A stretch of DNA of 63,996 nt, the filler included, from Rhabdomonas costata (Eukaryota), in NCBI GenBank assembly GCA_019059605.1. It is 50 parts of 50 records of this genome, joined end to end, with 100 filler letters (N's around TTAATTAATTAA, not from the genome) between each part and the next. Parts side by side here need not be neighbours in the genome. Positions count along the whole stretch, not along the records: positions 12,826 to 14,007 come from JAHMHO010024648.1; positions 14,108 to 15,290 come from JAHMHO010024649.1; positions 15,391 to 16,576 come from JAHMHO010024650.1; positions 16,677 to 17,858 come from JAHMHO010024651.1; positions 17,959 to 19,141 come from JAHMHO010024652.1; positions 19,242 to 20,424 come from JAHMHO010024653.1; positions 20,525 to 21,706 come from JAHMHO010024654.1; positions 21,807 to 22,988 come from JAHMHO010024655.1; 42 more parts are not named here. One strand, written 5' to 3'. This document shows positions 13,374 to 26,836 of the stretch, in pieces. Both the position numbers and the translations under genes were made by a program. Each line of letters begins with the position of its first letter. The first letter of the stretch is position 1. A model generated the notes under the pieces. The model was not told the origin of the DNA. It saw nothing but the letters and a program-made list of their open reading frames with translations, and did not search any database.

Positions 13374-13925
13374 TTACACACGGCTCCCCGTGTGTGTTTT
13401 GATGGGTTGGTGTTGTTGCTGTTGTTGCATCTGCTGCATCTGCTGCTGCACCCTTCCAGATGGAAGCGCACGATGAGGCACAGGGTGTGGATTGGAACGC
13501 GCACAACCTGAGAATGAAGAAGAGGCACCGTCTGCTTGCGGTCGTGCGTGGTTTTTGCGATGCGCAGGATGCCCACCCGGATGCCACTGCATCTGCTGCT
13601 GCTGCTGGCGGTGCTGGAGCCCTTCGGTGTGCGTCGGGCTGCTGGAATGGTATTGGGGGCTGAAAGCACCACGAGAATGGCGTTGAGTGTTGTTTTGTGA
13701 ATTGGGTGGCTGTGGCTGGATTCGGTGGCCAGCGGGAGGGTAGAAGCTGTAGGAAGGCGGGTCGAGAGGAGGAAGGCCGTGCCCCGGCAGGGGGTAAGTG
13801 GAATATGGTGGATGTGGCTGAGGATGACCGTGTGGGTGCAGGCAACATGACGGCGGGTGTGAAGTGTAGTGCGCACAAGCCCCCGGGAGAGGGGTAATGG
13901 GGGCGACATGCTTACTACAGGGCAT
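13374..13925 (-). CDS. Pro/His/Gln-rich low-complexity hypothetical protein segment
   Basis: 183-codon ORF with poly-Q and PHP tracts; no recognisable domain. Confidence 0.35.
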   Translation of the reverse strand: MPCSKHVAPITPLPGACAHYTSHPPSCCLHPHGHPQPHPPYSTYPLPGHGLPPLDPPSYSFYPPAGHRIQPQPPNSQNNTQRHSRGAFSPQYHSSSPTHTEGLQHRQQQQQMQWHPGGHPAHRKNHARPQADGASSSFSGCARSNPHPVPHRALPSGRVQQQMQQMQQQQQHQPIKTHTGSRV

Positions 13926-14372
13926 GGCATACGAATGGCGGGGTCTGTGGTTTCAGGCGTTGGCCGTCATGGGCAGAGCCCCTTGGCGCGGTCGTACCAA
14001 CCAAACCNNNNNNNNNNNNNNNNNNNNNNNNNNNNNNNNNNNNNNNNNNNNTTAATTAATTAANNNNNNNNNNNNNNNNNNNNNNNNNNNNNNNNNNNNN
14101 NNNNNNNTTGTGTGTCTGTGCTGATTTTCCCATAAAAGCACTAGTTCACAGTCCAAACAGGGTGGACCCACCCTACGGAAGGGGGGGGGGGCATAAATGC
14201 ACAAGCGCCGAAATCGTCATTCGAAGTTGCAGTTTATGGGAAAATCAGCACAGATACAGAAAAATCCCAGCAGCAAAAATGGGAACTCACAGCTTCTAAC
14301 GCAATCTCTGCGTTTTGGTTTCGCAAATCCCCGTCGTTGAGGCGAAGCGAGTTCAAATTCAGAAAATAGTGC

Positions 14373-15290
14373 GCACCGCTCGGGATGCACCCTCCACCAT
14401 GGACTGCGGTGATGATTGGCTGAGGCAGGGCTGTCGCGGCGAGTGCGCCGACACGCGACGCCACTGCCACCTCAAGCCCCGCCCACGGCACAGTGAAGTG
14501 GTAGCACAGGCTGAAGGTCGCGGGTGCTTTCGCCAGCACCATAGAGCCCGACACGACGGTGGAGGAGGGAGGAGGAGTTGCCACCCTGCCGGCCACGCTA
14601 GAGCCGGGGGTAGCCACCCAGCACGTGCTTCGCAGCTGCACACTCATCTGGAGATAGGCGCGCGCACCTGACTGTGTGGGTGTGCCCCCAAATGGGCGAG
14701 AAACTGGCTGGGTGAAGGGTGGTAGTCATTTTCAAAGTAGCAGTCATGATCCGTCAAAACACTGATCCGGACTCCATAGCACTTGTCAGTCGCATTGATC
14801 CGTGTTTCGCTCTCTAATACCCACTGGATTAATTAATTATAGACTGTCTTGCGAAACACACAAAACCCGTCCCGCAGTCGGATGAGATTCATGAAATATT
14901 TTCAAGATTCTGGCGATTAGCCCCGCTATTTTCTGATGGTCATGATTGCCGTTATCGCCAAACCAACTGTTGCGCTAAATCACCATGGCAACTACGAACC
15001 CTTCGCGCAGCACAACCACAACCACACAGAAAGGCATCGCTTCCCAAGAGCTTTGCTCACCTGGTCGGTGCTCGGGACTAGCCCTAGCCCGGAAACATGC
15101 ACCTCCACCCGCAGGTTGCCCACGGCAGAACCCCAAAACTGCGGCAGCAGCCAAGGCGGGGGTACCGCGACGGGCGCAGCGGCTACGCTGAGGGTGGCTG
15201 GACCCCAAGGAAGCACAGTCAGCTGGCCAAGTCCTACACAGCTCACCTCAGAGCCCCCCAGCCGCTGTGCGGCAGAGGCGCCCCACCCCA
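14373..15290 (-). CDS. Hypothetical protein, two exons
   Basis: GC-rich open exons ~15290-15061 (...VEVHVSGLGLVPSTDQ|gtgag) and ~14647-14373 (SVQLRSTC...FSLCYHF...). Confidence 0.4.
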
Positions 15291-15409
15291 NNNNNNNNNN
15301 NNNNNNNNNNNNNNNNNNNNNNNNNNNNNNNNNNTTAATTAATTAANNNNNNNNNNNNNNNNNNNNNNNNNNNNNNNNNNNNNNNNNNNNGTGGTGTTGG
15401 GGTTTCCAG

Positions 15410-16480
<1,071 letters not shown>

Positions 16481-19400
16481 TGAAAAAGTACCTGTCAGGC
16501 CTGACGTTTTGGACTGTACTACTTTCCGAGACTGCACACCAATCTGTCGAGCTGAAAGTTGACCACACCCAACCCCNNNNNNNNNNNNNNNNNNNNNNNN
16601 NNNNNNNNNNNNNNNNNNNNTTAATTAATTAANNNNNNNNNNNNNNNNNNNNNNNNNNNNNNNNNNNNNNNNNNNNGTTGTTGGTTGTAGATCGTCATTA
16701 CCGAGGGCTGTGATTTAGGGTCAAAGGGAATGCATGTTTTTTGGCATTGAATTCTTTCCCGTTTTATTTAGCTTTTTTCAGCGGAGGTGGGTGGATTGCC
16801 GATCTTGGTCCCAAGAACACGTTGTGAATGAGGCAAATGTGAAAATATGTGTAGCAACCTACAAATAAAATTCCTGGCAAGAAACTTGGCTTAATCGAAT
16901 CCACGGCATATCCGCGTCCAGTCCAAACGTCAATTTCAATCGCTCCCTCTTCACCGACAAAGAAAAAACATGCGCTTTTTTCGAACATAAAAATTGAAAA
17001 ATTGGGCATGATCCAATGCGATCCTGGAACGCACCAATATGCGCGTCGCCGTTTTTGATACACGATTTCAAGTGCAGCGTACTGCAATAAACGTTGTCCT
17101 GATTGAACTTGAATTTAGTCGCAAGGAGGTCGGGGCACGCGCCTTTAATCCTCTTTCTGGCATAACGCCTCAATATCACATTGTTGCTCTGTCATACCCT
17201 TGACAACCACAAACCAGTCACTTCGGACACCCCCCAATTCCCAACCTCCGAATGCAGAAGAACCTGCTTCTCCAGTGCACGCTCCAGGGTCTGGTTGGTA
17301 ACTTCTTCCGTGATAGGGTGGATTGTGCCCGTGGGACTTCTTCACTTTGCAACCCATCCAGCTTGCAGAAATGGTCGAAATGCATGCTTTGAACGTGCTT
17401 TTGATTTGGGGGACAGAGAGGGCTGAAAAAGGAAAGGTAGAAAGCGACGACCCGATGGATGAAAAGTAATGATGTCCCCAGCATACAGCGCGCGCTTCCT
17501 GGGTGTTCGCGCGGAGATCCCCCATAATTCTGTTGTGAGTCGCGGGGCACCGGCTCACCACACAGCAGAACAGGAATCTCCGCCTGCCCTGTGGGTCCAA
17601 GGCATACAACGCGTAAATGCCAAATAACGAGAGAGAGAGAGAGAGAAGCCACCCAAAAACACACCCGGCCACCGGCAAATGCAGTGGCTGCTGAAAAAGA
17701 ACACCCGCAACCCACGAAAGTAGACGAGCGGCAGCCAGCGGCGCGCCCATATCCTTAGCTCAACCAAAAACCCCAAACGAGGAGGAAGCCTTTCCGCCGG
17801 CATGACAATCATCTCCCGGTAGCTCTCTGACGGAAAAGGCCCACACTACCACCAAAAANNNNNNNNNNNNNNNNNNNNNNNNNNNNNNNNNNNNNNNNNN
17901 NNTTAATTAATTAANNNNNNNNNNNNNNNNNNNNNNNNNNNNNNNNNNNNNNNNNNNNTCTCAATGATCTTACATCTTCTTTTTGGTGTGGCTATCTCCA
18001 GACGCTATCTTCCGGCACCGCGATGAGCATCGGCTCTTGTCAAGTGGTCTTTGTATGTGGAGGTACCAGGTACCACCGGTGCGATGGTCACCCGGGCAAA
18101 AGCAGACGAACCCTGGTATCTGGCTGGGAAAAGCGCTAATTATGCCACGAAACCTCAAAGACGAGATGTGAAGACCCTCATAGGGTCGTTTTATGTCAAA
18201 AAAAACTAAAATTCGTGAAGCACCCATAAAGTCGCGTGCCATGAGAAAAGCATGCCACTATGTGGCCTTTCCAGTGCGCCGTTTGCAAAGATACCTGCTG
18301 CCGACAACCAGGCTGTTCAAATGCAACCTTTTAGCAGACATCGCACATCACACTTTTTTCCTATGAAATATATACACATCCTTTTCATTACATCTCCAAA
18401 AGCTCTCACTTTCAAGGTGGCGTGGGCAGTTAATTTCACGTACTCGTAAATTTTTAATGCGATTCAAATGACCCTGTGTGCTTTTTATACTACTGACATT
18501 CCAAACATTGCTCCCCAAAATGACAAACACAAGGGAGCTGGCAGGACGAAATCATGAAAACACATCAGAAAAAGCTCAATTGCCGTCCAGATTCCACGCC
18601 GTTACTTTATCGGCAAATCAGGATGCCAAATTCGCAGAAGTTCAGAAAGACTGCCCGCATTATACTGCGCGTTGGACGACGTTGCTACAGAAATATGCTC
18701 TGAACTTTTATGCCCTCCAAGCCGCTATTTTGTGGCAAAGTGTTCGCGTTTTGGCCCTTTCATGGCAAGTACATGGTTCGGGAGGCGTCGAGGAGGATGT
18801 ATTTAATAAGCGAATAACTCCAGGTTGTCTTGGACCGCGTGGCTCAGCATAGAGGACAATGATCCTGGGAATTTAATGCTCGAATCGCACAGGCTTTGAA
18901 TACAGGCTTTGACTTGAACGGGTACTACTGCTACCGAGTAGCCCCCCACCTCTCACACACACACACTACGTTGCAACACCCGGGAAAGCATCCTCCCTTT
19001 CGCCAGTTCTGTGTTTTCACCTCAACGCTCCTGAACCTTGGCTAGCACCTATGTGAACTCAAAACTTGATCGCTTGCTGACCTTTTGGGGCAGTGCTTCT
19101 CTCGAGTTGCTCCCGGTTGGGTACAATGAAGGCGAAGGTGANNNNNNNNNNNNNNNNNNNNNNNNNNNNNNNNNNNNNNNNNNNNTTAATTAATTAANNN
19201 NNNNNNNNNNNNNNNNNNNNNNNNNNNNNNNNNNNNNNNNNTTTTTTTGGTCTGATGGACTTCCTGGGAAGGCGAACGAGTGGGGAATGGAAGATAGTGA
19301 GGAGAAAAGGTGGGAATCCTTTGGTGTGAGTGGGGTGGCGCATCATGGCTTCCGTTCTGCTGCTTGGATCGGTTTTAAGGGTGAAGCAAAAATGAAGGTG

Positions 19401-19649
19401 TCTGGTGCCCGCAGTCGTGCTTATTTCGCTGACCAACTGGGTGCCCCTCGCCCCAAAAGACCAAGGGCCGGAACCGAAGCGGCGGTGACACGATCGTCAT
19501 ACACCCACATAGCGCAGGTCACAGTCAGCCGATCGGTGGGGGCAAGGGGAAAAGGGCAGAAGCTATGGAGGCCCTTGACGGAACTCTGACCTGCTCCCCC
19601 CAGCCTCGAACATCGCTGCGCCCTACACAGAGTGAGTGAGTGAGAGATA

Positions 19650-19930
19650 CTTTTGCACCCAGCGGTCCAGCACCACGGCGGCGCGGGCCTGCGCCACAGT
19701 GTTGCGGCGGGTGTTCACGGCAAACAGCTCGGAGTCCTCGCGCAGCACCCGCAGCGCCTTCGCGGCTTTCCCATTGGGGGAGGTGCTGGAGGCCGCAGAG
19801 GAGGGAGGGTCGGCCCCGAACCCATCGCCCAAGCTGGAGACCGTCTCCACGGAGAGGTTGCTGGGCACGGACTTGCGGCGGGCCACAGCGAGCGCAGCGG
19901 CAGCCGAGGAGGACTGGCCCTACCCCACGG
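19650..19930 (-). CDS. Hypothetical protein exon
   Basis: GC3-rich open stretch RRKSVPSNLSVETVSSL...AAVVLDRWVQK flanked by low-complexity, intron-like DNA. Boundaries approximate. Confidence 0.4.
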
Positions 19931-21144
19931 AGAGCAGAAAATCAGACACACACAGAAAGAGAGAGATGCAAATGGGGTAGAGAGAGAAAAAACTGTACAT
20001 GCTGATCCTTTTGGTTTCAATTGTGATCGCATTCAAAAACAGGGCAAGAAGATCTGGGATTGCACAGCAGCTGATCGAGGACAGAAATCGGCCGGGCTGC
20101 ACGTTTCATGTGCCGCACATGGTCCAGCGAAGGCCTTTTCACCTATCAGCCACAGTGATTTGGGAGAGGGCGAAACATGCGGTGCACAGTGAAGGCGTGG
20201 GAGTAAACCGCGAACAAAAATCGGAGTCCCGCGGCTCCGGTGGCAACAAAAGGGACCCGGGAACAATCCCGTCAGACAAGAGCCGTCTACACCTCCTCCA
20301 CACACTGGAAGGATGGCGAAGGAAGAAACCCAACAGGAAATGGGCAAAGCAAATACCGAAGAAGCCACACAGAAAGCGCGCGCACGCACGCAGACACACA
20401 CAAACACACACGCCGACCCACCCANNNNNNNNNNNNNNNNNNNNNNNNNNNNNNNNNNNNNNNNNNNNTTAATTAATTAANNNNNNNNNNNNNNNNNNNN
20501 NNNNNNNNNNNNNNNNNNNNNNNNTTGTTTTGTGACTTATCACTTATTTGCATTGGATTATTATGAGGGAAGCAACCATAAGATGACCTGAGGAGTGGGG
20601 ATGCTTGGATAAGGTTGCCTGGGTATGGGCGTCTGGGAGCATTCCAGCACCCACGTAGTATATCGTAGCATATCCAGCTGAGAAGGTGTCACGCTTCACT
20701 TTCACCTTGAGCGGCGAAACGGGGCGGTAACGGAGACATCTATCCAGATTCGTTCTTTTCTTTCCTTGCAAGTGAGGAGCGCGCTGCTCATTTCTTTGTT
20801 GCCCCCTTAACTTTTTTAATGTTCAATGTAATTCCGATCGTCATCGGTGCCGTTCTGCTGAAATCATTGGTAAACCCCTCTGATGAAATAGCCTTTCGGG
20901 TGACTCCATCTTAGAGTACAAAGTTCCGTGAGTTCCGTGCGTGTACTTACCGAGGAGCTGCTGCTCATGGAATTGAATTGAGGTCTCAATTACAGTCTGG
21001 TCCCTCTTCACAGCTGCCCACCAGCACCGCATGCCTGAAAGGTGACTCCGCATTAACATCAGCAGTCATTTCTTAAAGTACGAGACGAGGGAAGAAGAGC
21101 GGGGTGTTCCGAGATGTGAGGTTGGTGTGGGGCTGTGCCTGCAG

Positions 21145-21308
21145 CGGGTTGGACGTGTCCTGCGGGGCGATCACAAAGATGTGGGCTCACCCGCGAACAG
21201 GCCACCTGGTCACTGCGCACCAGGGCGGAGTGGTCCGTACGTGGACCTCTGCATTGCAGCCCCTGCCGCGCCACACGGTTCTCCGGGATGGCCAGTACAT
21301 CACCGACG
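21145..21308 (+). CDS. WD40-like repeat exon
   Basis: AITKMWAHPRTGHLVTAHQGGVVRTW fits a WD40 blade; cag acceptor and gt donor present. Confidence 0.5.
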
Positions 21309-23088
21309 GGTGTGTGAGATAACATCCCAATTTCTCTTTCTCTTTATCTCTCTCTGCGAAGAGAGAAAGCCCTACGTCCTAATGGGGGTTTGCGAACGGA
21401 AAGGAGTGACGTCGAGAGGAGTTCACCCAACTCCTCCGCCATGACATGCACATTCCGCCGCAGAAGCAGCAAGCGGAAGCAGGAGGGCTAGGGTAGTAGA
21501 GGGGAATAGAGGGAAAGAATGATATTTCCAGTGTTCTTGCGCCTTGAAGATCAGCTTTCCTCCACCCAGCAACCCAGCAGCCCACCATGCGCGAGACAGG
21601 AAATACCTGCGGGTGGTTATGCCGCCCCGCCACTGCTCACCCGGTGACAAAAACTAAAGGCGCGGGTGGATAAATGTTAAAAAAACGCATAAAGCAACCA
21701 ACCCCCNNNNNNNNNNNNNNNNNNNNNNNNNNNNNNNNNNNNNNNNNNNNTTAATTAATTAANNNNNNNNNNNNNNNNNNNNNNNNNNNNNNNNNNNNNN
21801 NNNNNNTGTCTTCATAGAACTAGGGCCCTTGAGTTACGAAACCAAGTGGGCCGTTTGATATGCTGTATATTAAGGAGCAGGCAAATGGCACCAAGGGAAA
21901 ACGACGATTCCAACCAATAAAGCATTTCCATTTTCACAAATCCTAGCTTGCCGCCTGTCCGCTGCCGCGGGTGCACCGTTTGTCCTTCAGCCTTGGAGGT
22001 CCAGCGGGTGCTGTTCCCAGCTCGGATGCGTTTGTTCTGCGATCAGCTTTTTTTCTACGGGCAGGGGAAATAGAAAACAACCCAAAAAAATCCGCCGCTG
22101 AACTACACGGCAACAAAATTGGATTGAAAAATGCGACTTGCACTTATTTCCCCCCCCATTTAAATTGGGGAACAATGGTTCCAGGAAGTTTCGGTTGGAT
22201 ATGTTTTGGCGTTTTTGCAAATGAAATGAAATACATTTGCTATTGCTGCTGCGTTGGCTTTGTGTTGCGTGCTAATTTGATCTGAGTACCATCGTCCAGT
22301 TTTGTTAATAGAATATTGGTGGCCGCCGGGGCACCGGCTATGCCTGCTTCCAGGCCTACAGTTACAATTCGCCTGCAGATGTGCTGCCCTTCTGGCAGTT
22401 TCGTTTTTTTCGCGGGGGTGTGGTTGCAACCGATGACGCTTGTAAAAGAGACAACGCAACCACCAAGCCATAAGAAGCCACATTTTGATGCAGCTTACGG
22501 CGGACATTTGATAAGACCCCATGGCTCGTTTTTCAAGCTCGGTTCTCAAAATGGGCTGGTGGATCTGCTAAAAAAGAAAGGGGAAGTTTCTCATATGGGT
22601 TGGACAAAACAACGGTTGGATTTGAGAATGTCTAAGCGGATGCATGTCTGGGGTCTTTTTGTATTTACAACGGGCCACCAGAAACGCTGCGTGGCCGGTT
22701 TGGTCCTTTCACCACTGACCGGTTGTGGTGCCATTTGGCGGCTCTCCCGTAACCATTTTGGAGCGCATGGATTTACTACATCACCGACAACGTATTTACA
22801 TCAAACAAACCCACTACCAACCGGGCCATGAAACTGTTTCTTGGCCCCATAAAGCCAACAAATTATTGTATTGCTCGTCGGTGGGAGACGGGATAAGTGT
22901 CATGTCGGCGCATCTGCTCAATTATGTTGTTCGGAAAACACGCGTATTGTCCCCACCCGCGCACAAATGACACTTATCCCAACCCACCNNNNNNNNNNNN
23001 NNNNNNNNNNNNNNNNNNNNNNNNNNNNNNNNTTAATTAATTAANNNNNNNNNNNNNNNNNNNNNNNNNNNNNNNNNNNNNNNNNNNN

Positions 23089-23993
23089 GAGAAGCCCCGC
23101 ACACCCATTACCACGCCCAAGGGGTCCAGGTCCTTCGCAGAGGAGAAAGCCGCCTGTGCAAGGGCCTCCCAGAGGTTGTAATCCATCCGCAAAGCCTGGA
23201 CCTTGGAAAAGCTCTCCACGCATATGCCGACTTGCGGGGCACTCATCCGCCCCATCAGAAAGATCGCGACCTGGCTCAAGGCTTGCCAAGGGTGGGGGCC
23301 GCACGTCCGCACCAGCTCCACCTTCGAGAATCCGTTCACACAGCCAGACACATGCTGGGGAGTCATCTGGGTGGCCACGCGGTGGGCACCCTTAACGAGA
23401 GTTTCCCACAGAGCCTGGTGGGCAGCAAGGTCAGGAATCTTGGAGAACCCACTCACACAGCTGAAGACGTCTTGCGGATTCATTTGCGGCTCCGCTTGAG
23501 CCGCGGCCTCCGCCAGAACGTCCCACAGCTCCCGGTCCTCCAGAGAAGCACTGACTTTGGAGAAGCTGTTTACCCAGGTCGCTACCACCCGACACTCCAG
23601 CGAGGGCTTTCTGGAGGCCAGCTTCACCACAGCCCTGGCTAAAGCCTGCCAAAGCACAGTATTAGAATGATGCTCTGGCAGCCCAGCGAGGCTGTTGATG
23701 CAGCCTGCCAGCTCCCCGGCGTCAAAGCTTTCCGCCTGCAGGGGCACCAGCTTGGTCAGCTCAGAGAGCCGTTGGAGATCCTCTGGCGGGGCACGCTCCT
23801 TGGGGCTCTTGGCGAGGCAGTGCAGCTCCCACACCAGCTGGCTGTTGTCCATCCTTGGAGCGCGGCCCTGCGACCCCGAGTACCTCTGCTGCAGAAGGGA
23901 AAGGGAGGGACTTAGGCAGCGCCCCGGGAAGCGAAGCAGGAACGTCCTGGTTGGCGTTCTCTGGAAAAGGGCAAAGCAGACCTTTCGGAGCAT
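23089..23993 (-). CDS. Intronless helical-repeat (OPR/HPR/FAST-like) protein with mitochondrial-type presequence, 3'-truncated
   Basis: ATG at 23993 (MLRKVCFALFQRTPTRTFLLRF..., Arg-rich with no acidic residues). At least five 39-42 aa repeats of the form xxPQxVxxCVxxFSKV...LWxALxxAA. Confidence 0.75.
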
Positions 23994-24030
23994 CGCTACA
24001 CACACAAGGCACTAAACCCCTTTGAGATCG

Positions 24031-24056
24031 ATGCTGCAAAAAAAGAAAAACACAAC
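24031..24056 (-). promoter_or_regulatory. Candidate trans-/cis-splice acceptor (polypyrimidine tract + CAG) ~40 nt upstream of the repeat-protein ATG
   Basis: Minus strand reads GTTGTGTTTTTCTTTTTTTGCAG just 5' of the start codon. Euglenozoans add a spliced leader at such sites. Confidence 0.4.
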
Positions 24057-24972
24057 TCAATTCTGTCCAGAAAAGAACGGAGCAAGTCCCAGTTCTCTCT
24101 CCATTCTTCATCATGCGGGACTCGAAGAGCAGATCACCGCAGCAGCAACCGATGAGCAAACCAACTTTAAAGGCAAACAACAATCTGACGGGGGTTGGGT
24201 GACAATTGCTTTCAGTACTTCGGAGCCACTGTTGCACATCTCTTCTTACTGTGTCCACGCCACCACCACCNNNNNNNNNNNNNNNNNNNNNNNNNNNNNN
24301 NNNNNNNNNNNNNNTTAATTAATTAANNNNNNNNNNNNNNNNNNNNNNNNNNNNNNNNNNNNNNNNNNNNGTGTTGGGTGTGGTTGGGGTTGTGGGGAAG
24401 GATACCGTGAAGAAGGGCTTGAAGTTGACGTCGACTGGCCAGAGGTGTATGGACGTCCTAGCTATGGATATCAGGGGGGTCCCATGTGTGCTTGGGTGAC
24501 AAGCTGCGAGTGTTGAGAGAGTTGTAGCGAGATCACATCGTTGTTTTACGCTGCTCAACGTTTTCTAGTATATCGATGACGTACGCCCACAGCGGCCGAG
24601 CCCAGCTCCCAACCACCTGTGCCTCAGTGAACATGTATATGCATGTACATGCATATGGAGTGCCCATTCGTGAGAGCACGGATGGTGCCAACCGAATACT
24701 CTGACGTGAAGATCACGCTTTCTTGGGCAATGGCTGTCAGTGCATTCAGGACTGGTGCTGTGATTTCTCCTTTTTTTTGTGGATTCGGGTTGCTGTAGTG
24801 ACGGAGACGAGCAGTCGCCTGGCCGGCGCGAACTTCTAAAAAAAAAAGCGCAGCCTCCGCGCTTTGCGATTAAGTGACGTTCGCTAGTAACGGCGTGAAT
24901 AGCAGGGTGTGGTCATCGGCATACTCTCACACACATCCCTGGGTCGGCTGTGGGGCCGTGGTGGGGATGCAG

Positions 24973-25200
24973 ATCTTCCACCCCAGCGTAAAGTCCGATG
25001 ATGGCTCGATCTGCGGGGAGATCTTCAGCGACTGGAAGCCCAGCGTGATGATCCTGGACGTGCTGGCGGACATCCTGAAGATGCTCCGCGAGCCCAGCCA
25101 CGAGAACGCCCTGGAGCCGGACATCGGGAAGATGCTGCGCGAGGACAAGGCCAAGTTCGTCCGCAACGCCAAGGACTGGACCAAGCGGTTCGCAAAGTAG
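24973..25200 (+). CDS. Ubiquitin-conjugating enzyme E2, last exon
   Basis: cag|IFHPSVKSDDGSICGEIFSDWKPS...EP..ENALEPDIG...AKDWTKRFAK*. UBC fold with catalytic Cys and W-x-P. Confidence 0.93.
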   Translation: MFHPSVKSDDGSICGEIFSDWKPSVMILDVLADILKMLREPSHENALEPDIGKMLREDKAKFVRNAKDWTKRFAK

Positions 25201-25833
25201 CGCAGTGGGAGCACCGACCGGGGGTTGTGCGTACACCAGGAAGAGGTCTTCAGGAGAACGGCGAAAGCAGCGGGTGAGCTGCTGCTGTTGGGAAGCGGCG
25301 GGAAGGAGGCGTCATAGCAGGTGGGCGCGCATGAGCTGAACATTATGGCCTGGATGTCTTCCAGATCTGGGCCTTCGCTCTGCACTCCCCGCCCATGTGT
25401 TCTTTCTTCCCAGATTCCCCTTTTCCGCCCCCATCTCTCGTAGTCCCTTCTTCCATTATGTTTGGGATGCCTCCGCTCGTCCCTCTGCCGCGTACTTTTG
25501 GACACAGTGACCGACACACACCCACACCCACACCCACACAGGAACGCATAGTTNNNNNNNNNNNNNNNNNNNNNNNNNNNNNNNNNNNNNNNNNNNNTTA
25601 ATTAATTAANNNNNNNNNNNNNNNNNNNNNNNNNNNNNNNNNNNNNNNNNNNNGTTTTTTTGTTTTGTCCTTTCCAGCACATGTGCTGATCCCAAAGGCT
25701 AAGCAGAAGGGCCTTCACCAAATGTGCCCATTACTTTATGTGGAAGTCTAAGATGGGCATTGATCGGCCTCCTCCATCCAGTTGGGGAACTCGGCGTGGT
25801 AACCCGGTGGCCCATTGTGAGAAACATTGGTAG

Positions 25834-26836
25834 TTGTGTAAAGAAGGACTTCTCGCCCGATGTAACGAGCGGATGAACAAGCTGTTGCAAAGCAGCGCAG
25901 TGATGGCACCTCCTCACAACCCATTTCTTGTGGCTCAAAAAAGTTGCTCTACCCTTCAAACCTTCAGGCACTATTGGAGCAGCGCGGTTGCGGACGCGAG
26001 AAGGAACCGGCACAGAGCTCGAGAAGAGGCCCGAATTGCATCCCAAGTTCAGAAGGATGGAATGGGGTCATTCTACGATCTGGTGGTCGACATCCCGCGC
26101 TTCATGGACCTCTTCGCCAACGAAGACACGAAGGATGAGGAAAATCGGACGGAATTCGAGAGCAATGACGGCGAGCAGCGTAAGCAAGGCGGGTGGCCCC
26201 TGCTGGTCTCCGATACATCTCTGGGCCCTTGGCAAGGTCCCATCGTCGCCGTTCTGGGGGAGTATGACAAGGGCAAGACCTTCCTGCTGAACCACCTGGC
26301 GGAATGCGGGCTGCCTTCAGGGCTGCAGACCCGCACTCTGGGGCTGTCGCTGAAGCAGGTGATGGGCCGGGGGCGGGCGTTCGTCCTGCTGGACTCGGCT
26401 GGCTCGCGGACCCCCCTGGAGTCTTTGACGGAGGAGTCCAGGCAGCAGAAGAAGGCCCAGGAGGAGTTCCTTCGGCACGTCGCCTTTGATATGGTCTTCT
26501 GTCGTGTGCTGCTTGCAGTCCTGTACGGTTGTGTGTGTTGAGGCACTGGGCCGGGGATCCGATGAGTTGCTCGTTCTGCGGTGTACTCCGGTTCGTTGTG
26601 TGGGAGGGGGGACTGTGGTACCACCGGTCATCGGCGGGCGTGCCCACCCCTCACGGGATTGCTGTACTGTTCTGAGTTTTCGAGTGAGTTCGTGACCATG
26701 ACTACGAGAATGCTTTGGAAGGTCATCAACCACTGCATTCGATTTTTAAACGCAACGAAAGACGTTAGAAAGCCCGCCCGTTTTTGTGGTTCCGGACGTG
26801 CGCGCTCGCGCAGGCCGATGTCTTCATCTACGTCGT
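25834..26836 (+). CDS. TRAFAC-type P-loop GTPase domain protein (partial)
   Basis: IVAVLGEYDKGKTFLLNHL (G1), T.GLS (G2), FVLLDSAG (G3). Intron 26494-26813 (GT-AG), then ADVFIYVV. 5' boundary uncertain. Confidence 0.8.
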
